64,000 bases of DNA, taken from contig CAZPUS010000005.1 in the NCBI GenBank assembly GCA_964589825.1, positions 46,018-110,017 on the forward strand. Direction: 5' to 3'. Under the pieces are notes generated by a model. The model did not search any database and was not told where the DNA came from. It saw nothing but the letters and a program-made list of their open reading frames with translations. Positions 10,994-21,910 of the stretch are shown one piece after another. Position 1 is the first letter of the stretch; every line of letters begins with the position of its first letter. Source of the DNA: an uncultured Fibrobacterota bacterium (lineage in GTDB: Bacteria; Fibrobacterota; Chitinivibrionia; Chitinivibrionales; WJKA01). The translations under genes were made by a program, and so were the position numbers.

Positions 10994-11330
10994 ATTTTAA
11001 ATGTATATTTTCAGCCTTTTCCGGAGAAATGACGTATGCAGTTACCCGCACTGCGAGAACATACACAGGCGCACCTGTGTCCAACTACGGGAAGAGGCTG
11101 AGCAGCCCGAATCATCGTTTTGTCGGATACCGCGGCCCGCCGGATACTTATATGATCGAGGCGATATTGTATACCAAATCGGGTGAAATCAGTATCACTG
11201 TGATGGCGGTTAAACACCATACGAAAAAAAAACAGGCCGACGGGCGGCTGAAGAAGAGAAGCCGCAGAACGTTTTGGCGCTGTCTGCATTAAACCGGTCT
11301 CTTGTTTCAGATTAAAAAAGATTTCAGAAT

Positions 11331-12179
11331 ATGAACTATCGTGTCGTCATTATCGTACCACCAGGCTATTCACATGCCTCCTGTTTTCTTGAGCTTGCCT
11401 ATTGTATTAAAAGTTCGTTCGTATCACTGGGCCACTCGTGTGATATCGCGGTCAACGATATGAGTCCCTCGGGTATAAATGTCGTGCTCGGTTATCATCT
11501 GCTCCGGTCGGGTGACTATCTTCGTTCGTATAACTATATAGCCTATCAGCTGGAGCAACTTGGTAAAAATGCGGCGTCTCTGCAGCCAAACACCGAAGCG
11601 GTACTGCGCACTGCCTCCGCGGTGTGGGATTTTTCTCATGACAATATCGATTATCTGAATAAACGGGGCATTCAGGCACATTATCTGCCGCCAGGGTATC
11701 ATGAAAATTTGTGTCAGATACCGGTGCGGGATGAAAATGATAAGGATATTGATCTGTTATTTTACGGGACACTTGGACAGCGACGAAAAAAAATTCTGCA
11801 GCAGCTGGCGGGTTATGACGCGTACAGACTTGAAACGCTTTTCGGGGTATATGGCAAAAAGCGGGATGAGTATATTGCCCGGGCAAGAATAGTACTGAAT
11901 ATCCATCACTACGAAACGAAGCTTTTCGAAGCGGTGCGAATATCCTACCTTCTCAATAACGGTTGTTTCGTGCTTTCCGAAGAGGCGGATTTCAATCCCT
12001 ATGATGATGTGGGATTGGCAAGTGTGGGGTACGAATCAATTCCCCGGCAGGCTCTCTACTGGCTCGAAAACCCCTTACACCGCCAGCGTGTCGCGCAGCG
12101 CAATCGTGCCCGTTTTCAACAGCATTACTACATGCCACGGCTCATGGAACCGGTGATAGCTAAAATGTCCGACAGTTGA
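11331..12179 (+). CDS. hypothetical protein, glycosyltransferase-like C-terminal half (GT1/CgeB-like, weak)
   Basis: 282 aa. The segment DLLFYGTLGQRRKKILQQL...ARIVLNIHHYETKLFEAVRISYLLNNGCFVLSEE resembles the C-terminal nucleotide-sugar-binding half of GT-B enzymes. The functional call is weak. Confidence 0.55.
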   Translation: MNYRVVIIVPPGYSHASCFLELAYCIKSSFVSLGHSCDIAVNDMSPSGINVVLGYHLLRSGDYLRSYNYIAYQLEQLGKNAASLQPNTEAVLRTASAVWDFSHDNIDYLNKRGIQAHYLPPGYHENLCQIPVRDENDKDIDLLFYGTLGQRRKKILQQLAGYDAYRLETLFGVYGKKRDEYIARARIVLNIHHYETKLFEAVRISYLLNNGCFVLSEEADFNPYDDVGLASVGYESIPRQALYWLENPLHRQRVAQRNRARFQQHYYMPRLMEPVIAKMSDS

Positions 12180-12182
12180 GAA

Positions 12183-14357
12183 TCAACGTGTTTTGAAGTG
12201 TTGTGCCAGTGTGTCGAGTTGCCCTTTTGACGCTTTCACCTTTGGTGCAAGATTACCCATATCCTTCATGGAGAGGGATATACGCTTTTTTTCCGGCTGT
12301 ATCTTGACGATTCGGACATTGATGATATCACGTACCGATACGACCTGTTCAGGGACCTCTACGTATTGATCGGCAAGCTGGGATATGTGAATGAGTCCGT
12401 CGTATTCGGCATTAATATCGACAAACACACCGAATTTGGTGATATTGGTAACCACGCCGGTCACGACCGTTCCTTCACTCAGCTCTGAGAGCGTCTTGCG
12501 TCTGCTGCGGCGTGCAGCATCTTTGAGCAGAAAGTTTTTTCCGGTCCGAAGGTGTGGTATCAGTGCATTCTGAACGTAACTCTCCTCGAGGTAGTTGGAG
12601 GCCTCGTAGGAACTGAGCGCCTCTGGAGTGTTGATAAGCGCGGTCGTGGTAATGTCCATCTGTGCACATATCTCTTCTACCCATGAGAAGTTGTCGGGAT
12701 GGACGCGCGTATAATCAAGAGGATTGTCCGAATCCGGAAACAGCAGCCAGCCGGCAATATTGCGGTACATAACATGCGATATCCCCTCAAGCGATGCCAT
12801 CTCCGCTTTTGACGAGAGACCGTGATCGGTAATCGCGGCATGGATTTTTTCAGCGGCCTCTTCCTGGATGCATGGAAGCCATAGTAATGACTGTACACTG
12901 CATTTGCGGGTATCGAGACCGTCTTTGAGTATTAGTGCTCTTGCCTTGTTGTCCACAAGCCCGTAAATATGATCCGAAGCCACCATATTCTGCAGCGGAT
13001 GAAGCGGAAAAAATTCAATACCGATCTGTTGCATTACAGGAATAGGTCTGCAATGGGTTATCCCTGAGGCGAATGCCTTTCTCATAGGTGTTTCGAGATC
13101 ACCATACCTGGTATTCATCCAATTCGATTCGGCGATTTTTGACAGTGACTGACGTGAAACCTTTGTTTCGGTGATTTCGACATCCTGGGCACTGATCTGT
13201 TCTGCAATCGACGTGATCTCTTTGAGCGTCTCTCCGCTTGCGGTTATAAGAAATGTCGAAGGACGATGGCGGTTGTAAAACTGGGAAAGACGCGATTTAA
13301 GCGAGCTGTTTTTATCGGTACGATTGATGGTAGAAGCTCCAAGAAAATTACCCTGTCTGTCAAGTGCGGTCAACGCGATCGCGTTATTGTCCTGCTGAAA
13401 AATCGCGACAATACGCTGTGTGGAGTCATGCTGTCCGGCTATTTCTTCAAGTTCCTTGGCGATTTCCTCGAGCAGATCCTTTTCATGATCAATTTTAAGA
13501 ATTTCCTTGATCTGCTTTTCTACAAGGGAGTGAAGATTCTTATTCCAGCATTCTTCTATGGCTTCGATCATGATGTGGGTGCCATAGCTTTCGGGATCCT
13601 CTATAAGGTGTTCCTTCAGCAATTCCACGATGCTGAAGAGATTAACCGAAATTTTTAGTTTGATCGCTCCTTCGCCCTCTTTACTGAGCAGGTTAAGAAG
13701 CTCATGGGTGGGAATTTCGTCGAGTCTCACCTGATTCTCTATATACGATTTGAACTCGCTTTCATATTTCTTTTTGGGTTGCACTTCGATGTAGCCGTCA
13801 TCGAGAGTGAATTCCCTGGCAAGGGTACGCACCGTCTCGTTGCGCGCGATGGCATCGACAATGATGTCACGAACTCCTTCCAGGATCATATCTGCAGACG
13901 CAAGGGCGGAATTTGACGAATCCACCAGGGCGGCGGCGTCCTCCTCGGGTTCCTGTTCGAGCTCCTGATTGAGCAGTTTGTCCGCGAGATCTCCCAGGCC
14001 TTTGTCGCGTGCTTTTTGCGCTTTGCTGCGCGGGTTAACGCGAAACTGCGCAATCATGTCGTCGAGTTCACAAGAATTGGTTACCTCGTCGATTGCGCGT
14101 TCCACCTCAGCGGTGAGAAGCTGTGATTTTTTCAGCGCGTTTTTGAGGCGTTTTCGTTTGGGCCCCAGAGCCGCCATGCGATCGAGGAACGCATACACGC
14201 TGTAGGTACCTGCATAGTCGAGTTCGGTGTTGACATCAGGATGGTATTCGGACAGGTAGAGTACAGAATCACCATCTGTATACGCAGTACACAGATGTGC
14301 TGCACATGAAGTCGAAATATTCCAGTCCTGGGCGATTTTGTCCGAGAAATGATCCAT
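12183..14357 (-). CDS. Tex-like transcription accessory protein with C-terminal S1 RNA-binding domain
   Basis: 724 aa. The C-terminal S1 domain is GTVVTGVVTNITKFGVFVDINAEYDGLIHISQLADQYV...RISLSMKD. The N-terminal block ELDDMIAQFRVNPRSKAQKARDKGLGDLADKLL matches the Tex N-terminal pattern. Confidence 0.85.
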   Translation of the reverse strand: MDHFSDKIAQDWNISTSCAAHLCTAYTDGDSVLYLSEYHPDVNTELDYAGTYSVYAFLDRMAALGPKRKRLKNALKKSQLLTAEVERAIDEVTNSCELDDMIAQFRVNPRSKAQKARDKGLGDLADKLLNQELEQEPEEDAAALVDSSNSALASADMILEGVRDIIVDAIARNETVRTLAREFTLDDGYIEVQPKKKYESEFKSYIENQVRLDEIPTHELLNLLSKEGEGAIKLKISVNLFSIVELLKEHLIEDPESYGTHIMIEAIEECWNKNLHSLVEKQIKEILKIDHEKDLLEEIAKELEEIAGQHDSTQRIVAIFQQDNNAIALTALDRQGNFLGASTINRTDKNSSLKSRLSQFYNRHRPSTFLITASGETLKEITSIAEQISAQDVEITETKVSRQSLSKIAESNWMNTRYGDLETPMRKAFASGITHCRPIPVMQQIGIEFFPLHPLQNMVASDHIYGLVDNKARALILKDGLDTRKCSVQSLLWLPCIQEEAAEKIHAAITDHGLSSKAEMASLEGISHVMYRNIAGWLLFPDSDNPLDYTRVHPDNFSWVEEICAQMDITTTALINTPEALSSYEASNYLEESYVQNALIPHLRTGKNFLLKDAARRSRRKTLSELSEGTVVTGVVTNITKFGVFVDINAEYDGLIHISQLADQYVEVPEQVVSVRDIINVRIVKIQPEKKRISLSMKDMGNLAPKVKASKGQLDTLAQHFKTR

Positions 14358-14452
14358 AGGGTATTTTCGATACTGAAGATAAGAAAGTATTCAAAGATAC
14401 TATTTGCCGGTTTTTAAAAGCAAGTCATAGGTGAATGCCGTGATGCGGCCGG

Positions 14453-15142
14453 TTACGAGAAATTTTCCGGATCGGTACGTTTCTTGTAAAAAGCGTCGAT
14501 CATACGAATCGCTTCGACGGGGTCATCTATCTGATTGATGAGCGACATATCGTCGTCCGCGATATAGTCGTGCGCCAGCATCGTGGTGCGGATCCACTCG
14601 ACCAGCCCTTTCCAGTACTCGCTTCCCATAAGCACGAGCGGCAGATTTTCGGTTTTGTGTGTCTGGATGAGTGTGAGTGTCTCGAAAAGCTCGTCGAGCG
14701 TGCCAAAGCCGCCCGGCATCACGATCACCGCTGCGGTATATTTTAAAAACATGACTTTGCGGATGAAAAAATAGCGAAAGTCGAGTCGTTGGGTAATGTA
14801 GGGATTGGGTTCCTGCTCGTGTGGCAGCTGGATGTTAAGGCCGATGGATACCCCACCCGCTTCGTGTGCACCTTTGTTCGCCGCTTCCATAAGTCCCGGT
14901 CCGCCGCCGGTGATTACGTTGAACCCATTCTGCACCGCGTTGCGTGCGGTTTGTTCAGTGAGTGCATAGTAACGGTGGTTATCGCGCTCACGGGCGGAGC
15001 CGAAGATGGTCACACACGGTCCATAGCGATATAGTTTTTCGAACGACTCGATAAATTCTGCCATAATGCGGAATACACGCCACGATTCTTCATACGGAAA
15101 ACGCTTTGCATTGTGGGTTGTATCGTTTTGTGGTGCACCCAT
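14453..15142 (-). CDS. LOG-family (TIGR00730) nucleotide 5'-monophosphate phosphoribohydrolase
   Basis: 229 aa. Signature motifs GGGPGLMEA and PGGFGTLDELFE. Confidence 0.9.
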   Translation of the reverse strand: MGAPQNDTTHNAKRFPYEESWRVFRIMAEFIESFEKLYRYGPCVTIFGSARERDNHRYYALTEQTARNAVQNGFNVITGGGPGLMEAANKGAHEAGGVSIGLNIQLPHEQEPNPYITQRLDFRYFFIRKVMFLKYTAAVIVMPGGFGTLDELFETLTLIQTHKTENLPLVLMGSEYWKGLVEWIRTTMLAHDYIADDDMSLINQIDDPVEAIRMIDAFYKKRTDPENFS

Positions 15143-15351
15143 GGGGCAGGCCTTTCTGTGAATTTTGATAGATACGACACGTCATTTCCGATGCGGATGT
15201 CGGTGCGGGACACACCTAAAAAAAACCGCACTGCGGGGCACGTATCATTAGTTCCATCCGTGCCTGAATACGCAAAAACGGTCGCAATACCGGCACGGCA
15301 TTATTTTTACTGATATACTGCCAGAGCACAGCCGGCGTTATTCCCTGTTTT

Positions 15352-15972
15352 GTGAATGCATTGCAGCCGGTTCAGTGCGATTCCATAAAAATTAATTTTT
15401 GCAAACCCACGATGCATACTTGCATGTACACTGAAAACTGCTTTTCATTATCCCCCGGATGGCGGCGGCGGCTACAAAAGGCATGCGGCAGTGAGCCTGG
15501 CGAGTTTCTTTATGTCAAGGTTGCCACACAGATGCTTTACGTGGTGCGTAATAGTGAATCCGTTCGGGAATTTGCGGTTTCGACCTCCCGAAACGGAATT
15601 GGATCGCAGGACGGATCGTTGCGGACACCACCGGGAATTCATCGCATATACCGCAAGATCGGAGCGGGCGTGCCGCCGGGACGGATTTTCGAGAGCAGGT
15701 GCGATACCGGTATCGACTGCACATATGATCGTCACCAGAATTCGGAACGCCGACAGGTGCTCACCAGGATACTGTGGCTGCAGGGCTGTGAGCCGGGCCT
15801 TAACCGGGGTGAGGGGATCGATTCCCTCAGCAGGTATATTTATATTCACGGCACCAATAACGAAGAGAAGATCGGTACGCCGAATTCTCACGGATGCATT
15901 ACCATGAAAAACAACGAAGTAATTGAATTATTCGATATGGTGGAGGAGGGGTGTATTGTTATTATCGATTGA
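15352..15972 (+). CDS. L,D-transpeptidase (YkuD) domain protein
   Basis: Catalytic motif YIHGTNNEEKIGTPNSHGCITM near the C-terminus. The listed start is a GTG at 15352; in-frame ATGs at 15412 and 15424 are alternatives, so the start is uncertain. Confidence 0.75.
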   Translation: MNALQPVQCDSIKINFCKPTMHTCMYTENCFSLSPGWRRRLQKACGSEPGEFLYVKVATQMLYVVRNSESVREFAVSTSRNGIGSQDGSLRTPPGIHRIYRKIGAGVPPGRIFESRCDTGIDCTYDRHQNSERRQVLTRILWLQGCEPGLNRGEGIDSLSRYIYIHGTNNEEKIGTPNSHGCITMKNNEVIELFDMVEEGCIVIID

Positions 15973-15976
15973 CGGG

Positions 15977-17347
15977 GTGGAATGTAAAAAGGTTCATTTT
16001 ATCGGTATTTACGGAAGTGGGATGAGCGCGCTGGCGCAGTTTTTGTGTCAAAGCGGATGTGAGGTGACGGGCTCCGACCGCGGTATGGGCAATGCCGCCA
16101 CCGAGCAAATACACTCATGTCTTTCTGGTGCGGGATGTCGAATATACCCCCAGGATGCAACGGTACCCGACAGCTCACACGATGCGTGTATAGTATCAAC
16201 CGCGATCGAGGAGTCGATTCCGGATGTGCAGAAGGCAAATGAGCTGCGCATACCGCTTTTTCACCGCTCGCGTCTTCTCGGGGCCATCGCACATCAAACC
16301 AGAATGATTGCGGTTGCGGGTACAAGCGGTAAATCGAGTGTGAGTGCAATGATACTGGAGATACTTATGCAAGCAGGGCTCGATCCGTCGTTTATTGCCG
16401 GTGCACGTACAAAAGCGCTTATTGAACGGGGAGTCTACGGTAATGCGTGGAAAGGAGAATCGGATATACTCATCGCCGAAGCGGATGAAAGCGATGGGTC
16501 GCTCGTCAATTACGAGCCATATCTGAGTGTTATTCTGAATCTATCAAAAGATCATAAATCGGTCGATGAAGTCCGGCGTATGTTTCATGCACTGCAGCGA
16601 AATTCGTCTGCGTGTATAGTCAACAGGGACGATCCGGGGCTCGATGAGATAAATGCCGATGCGGCATTCGGCACAGGAGAGACCGTTACGTACCGTATCG
16701 GCGATGTGGGATGCCGCTCCCTGGCATGCGAATTTACGTTTAACGGTGATCCCTGCCGTCTTGCAATGCCCGGGAGGCATAATGTCTACAACTTTTCTGC
16801 CGCCGCCGCAGTGTGCGAGCGGCTCGGGATTGCACGTTCACAGGTGCTTTCCGCCGCTTCGCGGATGCAGGGGGTAAAACGGCGTTTCGAGATACGGTAT
16901 GCGTCGAGCCGTGGCACGGTTATTGACGACTATGCGCATAATCCCGCCAAAATCGCCGCTGCGCTGCAGGCGGCACAGAAAATATCGAAACGGGTGATTG
17001 CGCTCTTTCAGCCGCACGGATTTAAACCTCTGGAATTTTTTCGTGACGAGTTGATTGACTGCCTGCGCAGATATGTGCGTACAGACGATGTCGTGATACT
17101 CCTTCCGGTCTATTATGCGGGCGGTACGGCCCCAAAGCGTATCCACTCAGCTGACATAGCGGGCGCACTGGAGGATGCACCGTTCGACATATGCAGCGTC
17201 TCCTCCCGTGACGAATGCAGCCGTTGTGTGCAACGTATCTTCAGAGAGGCGGATACGCTTTTGCTTATGGGTGCTCGTGATCCCTCGCTTTCCTCCTATG
17301 CCGAAGAGCTGACAGGGATCGTCCGTACACGCCTTACTTCTGCTTAG
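15977..17347 (+). CDS. Mur ligase family protein (UDP-N-acetylmuramate--L-alanine ligase MurC or recycling ligase Mpl)
   Basis: N-terminal Rossmann motif HFIGIYGSGMSALAQFL and ATP P-loop VAGTSGKSS, with Mur-ligase length. I place the start at GTG 15977, just after the upstream stop. The track's Met at 15923 would overlap the upstream gene by 50 nt. Confidence 0.85.
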   Translation: MECKKVHFIGIYGSGMSALAQFLCQSGCEVTGSDRGMGNAATEQIHSCLSGAGCRIYPQDATVPDSSHDACIVSTAIEESIPDVQKANELRIPLFHRSRLLGAIAHQTRMIAVAGTSGKSSVSAMILEILMQAGLDPSFIAGARTKALIERGVYGNAWKGESDILIAEADESDGSLVNYEPYLSVILNLSKDHKSVDEVRRMFHALQRNSSACIVNRDDPGLDEINADAAFGTGETVTYRIGDVGCRSLACEFTFNGDPCRLAMPGRHNVYNFSAAAAVCERLGIARSQVLSAASRMQGVKRRFEIRYASSRGTVIDDYAHNPAKIAAALQAAQKISKRVIALFQPHGFKPLEFFRDELIDCLRRYVRTDDVVILLPVYYAGGTAPKRIHSADIAGALEDAPFDICSVSSRDECSRCVQRIFREADTLLLMGARDPSLSSYAEELTGIVRTRLTSA

Positions 17348-17353
17348 AAGCAG

Positions 17354-17388
17354 CGTCCGACGTTTTTTTCTTTTTCGGACGGCTTTTC
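17354..17388 (+). terminator. possible terminator after the Mur ligase gene
   Basis: CGTCCGA-(14-nt T-rich loop)-TCGGACG followed by GCTTTTCCC. The T-run is short. Confidence 0.4.
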
Positions 17389-17573
17389 CCGTAGCTTCCC
17401 GCGATTATCTTACCTTTTCTGGTACGGATATCACCTTTTCCCATACAAGATCCTTTCGAAAATGGTTAACGCAGTATATATCCGCCGTGTGCGGATATGG
17501 TTGTTTCAGTGTTTGGGCGTAATCTATGCAAATAGTTACGTATGTTCCACGAATCTGTTCGTATCGGGCATCA

Positions 17574-18878
17574 TCAGGTCCCCGCAGCCCTGCTTCTCTG
17601 GACCACAAGATCGAGAAGCTTTGCATAGTCGAGCCGGTGTTCTTCACCCGAGGTCATATCCTTGAGGATTGCGTCACCTTCGGCGTGGAGTGACTCTTTC
17701 ATTATTATACACAGGCGTGCGCCTGTTGCATGTGCCTGTTTCATCTGTTTGGCGATGCCGACCGGCTTGAGACTGTATTCGCACGAAACCGCCTCATCAC
17801 GGAGGCGCCGGGTGATAGTCAGCGGCTCATGCGGCAGCAGCGATTTGTCTGCGGCAATGTAGACCGTGCATCGGGATGGGGAGGGCACCGGCATTTTTTT
17901 GTGTTGCATAAGATGGGCGAGTACTACATCGCCGGCTGCAAAACCGGTTGCGGGGGTGGGCGGTCCGCCGTAGGTCTGTACCAGGTGATCGTAGCGTCCT
18001 CCGCCGGCTATGGCGCGAAACGATTTCATGGTATCGAAAAGCTCGAACACGATACCGGTATAGTAGGCCAGTCCCCGTACAATACCGATGTCGAATCTGA
18101 TGTAGTTACCAAGACCGTAGCGTTCGATAAGTGAAAAAAGAGTGCGGAGATTTTCGAGCTCTTCGAGATCGGGATTGAGCACGCCAATATCGTCAAGCGA
18201 CTGTGCAGAAAATATCTCACCGATACGGCTTCGGCATTTATGCTGCGGTACGAGCTCACGCAGTTTTTCTTCGTACTGATTCTGCTCCATTTTACTCTTT
18301 TTGTCAAGAAGCGCAAATATCGCCGGGACTGCATCAGGGCTGATTCCTTCACCAATAAACAGCTGCTCCAGCAGTGTTCTGCTTGAAATGTGAACCGCAA
18401 AATCGGTTCCTTCGAATCCGAGTGCACGCATCATATCGATGGTGGCGCAGATAAGCTCCGCATCGGCACTTACACCCGCGACACCAAGTATATCCATATT
18501 GAGCTGAAAAAATTCCCGAAGCCGTCCTTTCTGCATTCGTTCGTATCTGAAAAGACGCGGAATCGAATACCACCGCAGCGGGTATTTGAGTGAATTCGCC
18601 CGTGCGGCCACCATTCGTGCAAGCGAGGGAGTCATCTCGGGACGAAGCGATATATTGCGTCGGCTTTTATCCTGGAACGAATAAAGCTGTTTTTCGATCT
18701 CTTCGCCGCTTTTCTGGGTGTAGAGCTCGAGATGTTCGAACATCGGTGCGTCGTAAAGTTCGAACGCATAGTTGTGGCATACGTCATGCCATCGCGAAAA
18801 GATGTGCTCGCGAATGTAAAGCGTTTCTTCTCCGGGATAAAAATCGCGCGTTCCCTTGGGTGGATTGATCTGTTTCAT
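17574..18878 (-). CDS. hisS: histidine--tRNA ligase
   Basis: 434 aa. N-terminal PKGTRDFYP and class II motif 2 (FRYERMQKGRLREFFQ), with typical HisRS length. Confidence 0.95.
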   Translation of the reverse strand: MKQINPPKGTRDFYPGEETLYIREHIFSRWHDVCHNYAFELYDAPMFEHLELYTQKSGEEIEKQLYSFQDKSRRNISLRPEMTPSLARMVAARANSLKYPLRWYSIPRLFRYERMQKGRLREFFQLNMDILGVAGVSADAELICATIDMMRALGFEGTDFAVHISSRTLLEQLFIGEGISPDAVPAIFALLDKKSKMEQNQYEEKLRELVPQHKCRSRIGEIFSAQSLDDIGVLNPDLEELENLRTLFSLIERYGLGNYIRFDIGIVRGLAYYTGIVFELFDTMKSFRAIAGGGRYDHLVQTYGGPPTPATGFAAGDVVLAHLMQHKKMPVPSPSRCTVYIAADKSLLPHEPLTITRRLRDEAVSCEYSLKPVGIAKQMKQAHATGARLCIIMKESLHAEGDAILKDMTSGEEHRLDYAKLLDLVVQRSRAAGT

Positions 18879-18882
18879 TGAC

Positions 18883-19680
18883 TTAACGCCGGCGCCTTTT
18901 TTTTCTTATTTGTTTTTTCATTTTTCGTATCACCCCGGGCAGGTGCGTCTGCTCCCAGCGATACCATTTCTCATGGCAAAAATACTTTTTTTCCACACGT
19001 CTGAATTCCGGGGTGTGAATGCGTCGCGTGCCGTTTTTTGTATAGGGCGGACAGGCAATGTGGCACATTTCGTGGTGTACTATTCCGTATATGGCGAAAT
19101 CAGGAACAGATGGATGATCGTAGACACCCGCGATCGTGATGACATTGACCGCGTCATTATTATCGTTTCTCATTGACGTGTGATACGAGGTGCGTGAGCC
19201 GTAGCGACCCCAGCGTATCAGTGAAGTGAGTCTGTTGCCAAAATAGGTGTTGTTTAATTCATCGAACACCTCACGCAGATCGTATCGTGTACCGGCAGTT
19301 ACAAACGGGATACGGGTGGTGCTGATACTTCGCTGCGCAGAGGCATGGCCTTTTTTTTCCATATAGTGCCATATACGGGCTTCTATCTCCTGCTTTTTGC
19401 GTTGTGCATTTGAAGATAGTCTTCGATTGCGTGAACGTGATATCTGCAGCTGTGCCCACTCTATCAGGCTGTGTTTGATATCCATTGGGGCGCGGTCGAG
19501 AAATGCGGGAATGGTAAGCTGTGCAGGATGCGGCGGGCGGGGAAAGGTTATACGCCAGCTTTTTTTGAGTCTGGGGGCGATTTTTACGGTAATATCGATA
19601 ATACCCCGGGACTGTATAAGTGATGTAAGGCCTTGATTATCGTATAGATTAAGGGTGGTTTGCAGATGCTGTATACTCAT
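18883..19680 (-). CDS. SprT-like zinc-metallopeptidase-fold protein
   Basis: 265 aa. HExxH motif in IVHHEMCHIA followed by HTPEFRRVE (SprT-like HG..F pattern). There are 4 nt between its stop and the hisS start, so probably an operon. Confidence 0.65.
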   Translation of the reverse strand: MSIQHLQTTLNLYDNQGLTSLIQSRGIIDITVKIAPRLKKSWRITFPRPPHPAQLTIPAFLDRAPMDIKHSLIEWAQLQISRSRNRRLSSNAQRKKQEIEARIWHYMEKKGHASAQRSISTTRIPFVTAGTRYDLREVFDELNNTYFGNRLTSLIRWGRYGSRTSYHTSMRNDNNDAVNVITIAGVYDHPSVPDFAIYGIVHHEMCHIACPPYTKNGTRRIHTPEFRRVEKKYFCHEKWYRWEQTHLPGVIRKMKKQIRKKRRRR

Positions 19681-19786
19681 GGCTTTTTTGAATCAGGGGC
19701 TCCACTAATGTATTTTATGTAATTTGTAAAAAATAGTTAATTCAAAAACGGCAGTACTATTATCCAAAGATCAAGGAGTATCTATT

Positions 19787-21865
19787 ATGAGTAACGAGAT
19801 TCTGACAAAAGTCGGTGACAATATCCGCCTGCTCACTGTAGGCATGACAGAAAAAGCGAAGTCGGGGCATCCCGGCGGTGCAATGGGCGGTGCCGATTTT
19901 ATGGCGGTGCTTTTTACCGAATTTCTGAATTTTAATCCCGACAACATGGCATGGGAGCATCGTGACCGTTTTTTTCTCGATCCGGGTCACATGTCGCCGA
20001 TGCTGTATTCGACGCTTTCATTTTTCGGCGCATACTCACTCGATGATATTGCTCAGTTTCGCCAGTGGGGAAGTCCTACGCCGGGGCATCCCGAACGGGA
20101 CGTTACACGGGGTGTCGAAAACACATCGGGTCCTCTTGGCCAGGGCCACAGCATGGCGCTGGGCTCTGCAATCGCGGAGCGTTTTATGGCGGCACGATTC
20201 GGTGAATGGATGAGTCATAAGACATATGCGTTCATATCCGACGGTGGCATACAGGAAGAGATATCGCAGGGTGTCGGAAGACTCGCGGGGCACTATGGTG
20301 TAGGCAATCTCATACTTTTTTACGATGCAAACGATATCCAGCTATCCACGCCCACTGCGGAGGTTACGAGCGAAGATACGGCAAAGAAGTATGAAGCGTG
20401 GGGGTGGCATGTGGAGCAGATTGACGGACACGATTTTGACCAGATACGAGGTGCACTCAAGCGTGCAAATGAGCAGACGCAGCGGCCCTCGATAATAATC
20501 GCAAAGACGATTCTTGGCAAGGGGGTTTGTGATGAGACAGGCAACCAGATGGAGCCGTCCTCCGAAATTCACGGCAAACCGGTATCAAAAGCAGGGGCGT
20601 GTTTTCAGCAGACCGTGCAGAGACTCGGTGCGGATCCTGAAAACCCGTTCGTCATTTTTCCCGAAGTTGCGGAATATATCGAGAAGGTGAAAGAGCAAAA
20701 ACGTGCATATGTAAAGGAATGCGCCCAGAAACGACAGAAGTGGGAAGAGGAGAATCCCGAGCTGTCGAAGAAGCTGAAATCGTTTATGGACGGTACTGCG
20801 GCGAAATTCGATTTCAGTTCGGTAGAGCAGAAATCGGGTGCAGCGACGCGTAAGGCTTCCGGAGCGGTCCTAGCCGAGTTCGCTAACAACATCGATAACA
20901 TGATTGTTGCGTCCGCCGATCTATCCGACAGTGACAACACTAATTCGTTTCTCAAAAATACCAGGGCGTTTACACGGGGTGATTTTTCGGGCCAGTTTCT
21001 CCAGTGCGGAGTCTCGGAATTGACTATGGGCGGCATAATGAATGGAATTGCCGCACACGGCGGCGTTATTCCTGTGTGTGGTACCTTTTTTGTGTTCTCC
21101 GACTACATGAAGCCGGTCGTCAGGCTTGCCGCGCTCATGGAGCTTCCGGTCAAATACGTGTGGACGCACGATGCATTTCGCGTGGGTGAAGACGGCCCCA
21201 CTCACCAGCCGGTTGAACAGGAAGCACAGATTCGCCTGCTCGAAAAAATGAACAATCATTCGGGTACACGCAGCATGATGGTGCTTCGTCCCGCCGATGC
21301 GCACGAGACGACCGTTGCGTGGAAAATGGCAATGGAGAATACTCATACACCCACCGCGCTGCTGCTTTCACGACAGGGTATAGAAGACGTCCCCGCACAG
21401 TCGGGCTCCAGTAGATACACAGATGCCCTGCAGGCGCAAAAAGGCGGATATATCGCCTATCGGGAAGGTGATGCGCCCGATATTATCCTGGTTGCCAATG
21501 GCTCGGAAGTTTCAACCTGTATTGCGGGTGCAAAGATACTCGCAGCGCAGAAATCCCTGAACGCGTGGGTGGTCTCTGCAATTTCGGATGCGGTTTTTAT
21601 GGATCAGGATGAGCAGTATAAGAATTCGGTCATTCCCTTCGGCGTCCCCGTGCTCGGGTTTACCGCGGGACTTGCTACTGCCCTCGAGCCGCTGACAGGC
21701 CCGATGGGTAAAGCAATCGGTATGGAGAGCTTCGGTTTTTCGGCCCCGTATACCGTACTCGATGAAAAACTCGGATATACCGGCGAGAACGTGGCGCAAA
21801 AAGCACTTGCATATTTGAATGAATACGATGCGCTGAAGAAAAAACTTTCATCGGTAGTATGCTGA
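19787..21865 (+). CDS. tkt: transketolase
   Basis: 692 aa. Thiamine-diphosphate motif region SGHPGGAMGGADF and the transketolase signature THDAFRVGEDGPTHQPVEQ. AAGGAG RBS. Confidence 0.95.
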   Translation: MSNEILTKVGDNIRLLTVGMTEKAKSGHPGGAMGGADFMAVLFTEFLNFNPDNMAWEHRDRFFLDPGHMSPMLYSTLSFFGAYSLDDIAQFRQWGSPTPGHPERDVTRGVENTSGPLGQGHSMALGSAIAERFMAARFGEWMSHKTYAFISDGGIQEEISQGVGRLAGHYGVGNLILFYDANDIQLSTPTAEVTSEDTAKKYEAWGWHVEQIDGHDFDQIRGALKRANEQTQRPSIIIAKTILGKGVCDETGNQMEPSSEIHGKPVSKAGACFQQTVQRLGADPENPFVIFPEVAEYIEKVKEQKRAYVKECAQKRQKWEEENPELSKKLKSFMDGTAAKFDFSSVEQKSGAATRKASGAVLAEFANNIDNMIVASADLSDSDNTNSFLKNTRAFTRGDFSGQFLQCGVSELTMGGIMNGIAAHGGVIPVCGTFFVFSDYMKPVVRLAALMELPVKYVWTHDAFRVGEDGPTHQPVEQEAQIRLLEKMNNHSGTRSMMVLRPADAHETTVAWKMAMENTHTPTALLLSRQGIEDVPAQSGSSRYTDALQAQKGGYIAYREGDAPDIILVANGSEVSTCIAGAKILAAQKSLNAWVVSAISDAVFMDQDEQYKNSVIPFGVPVLGFTAGLATALEPLTGPMGKAIGMESFGFSAPYTVLDEKLGYTGENVAQKALAYLNEYDALKKKLSSVVC

Positions 21866-21910
21866 GTAGGCGGATAGACGGGGGCAATTAACGCGATACG
21901 AACGGAGGTA

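Noticed and set aside
11011-11292. Mutually antisense 87-aa (+) and 92-aa (-) ORFs in the 385-nt gap between tRNA-Glu and the GT-like gene
   Set aside because: Neither has an RBS, a domain motif or convincing composition. They cannot both be real, and I cannot support either. The region is left unassigned.
15923-15976. Upstream Met start for the Mur ligase ORF
   Set aside because: It would overlap the L,D-transpeptidase gene by 50 nt and add residues with no Mur-ligase counterpart. GTG 15977 sits just after the upstream stop.
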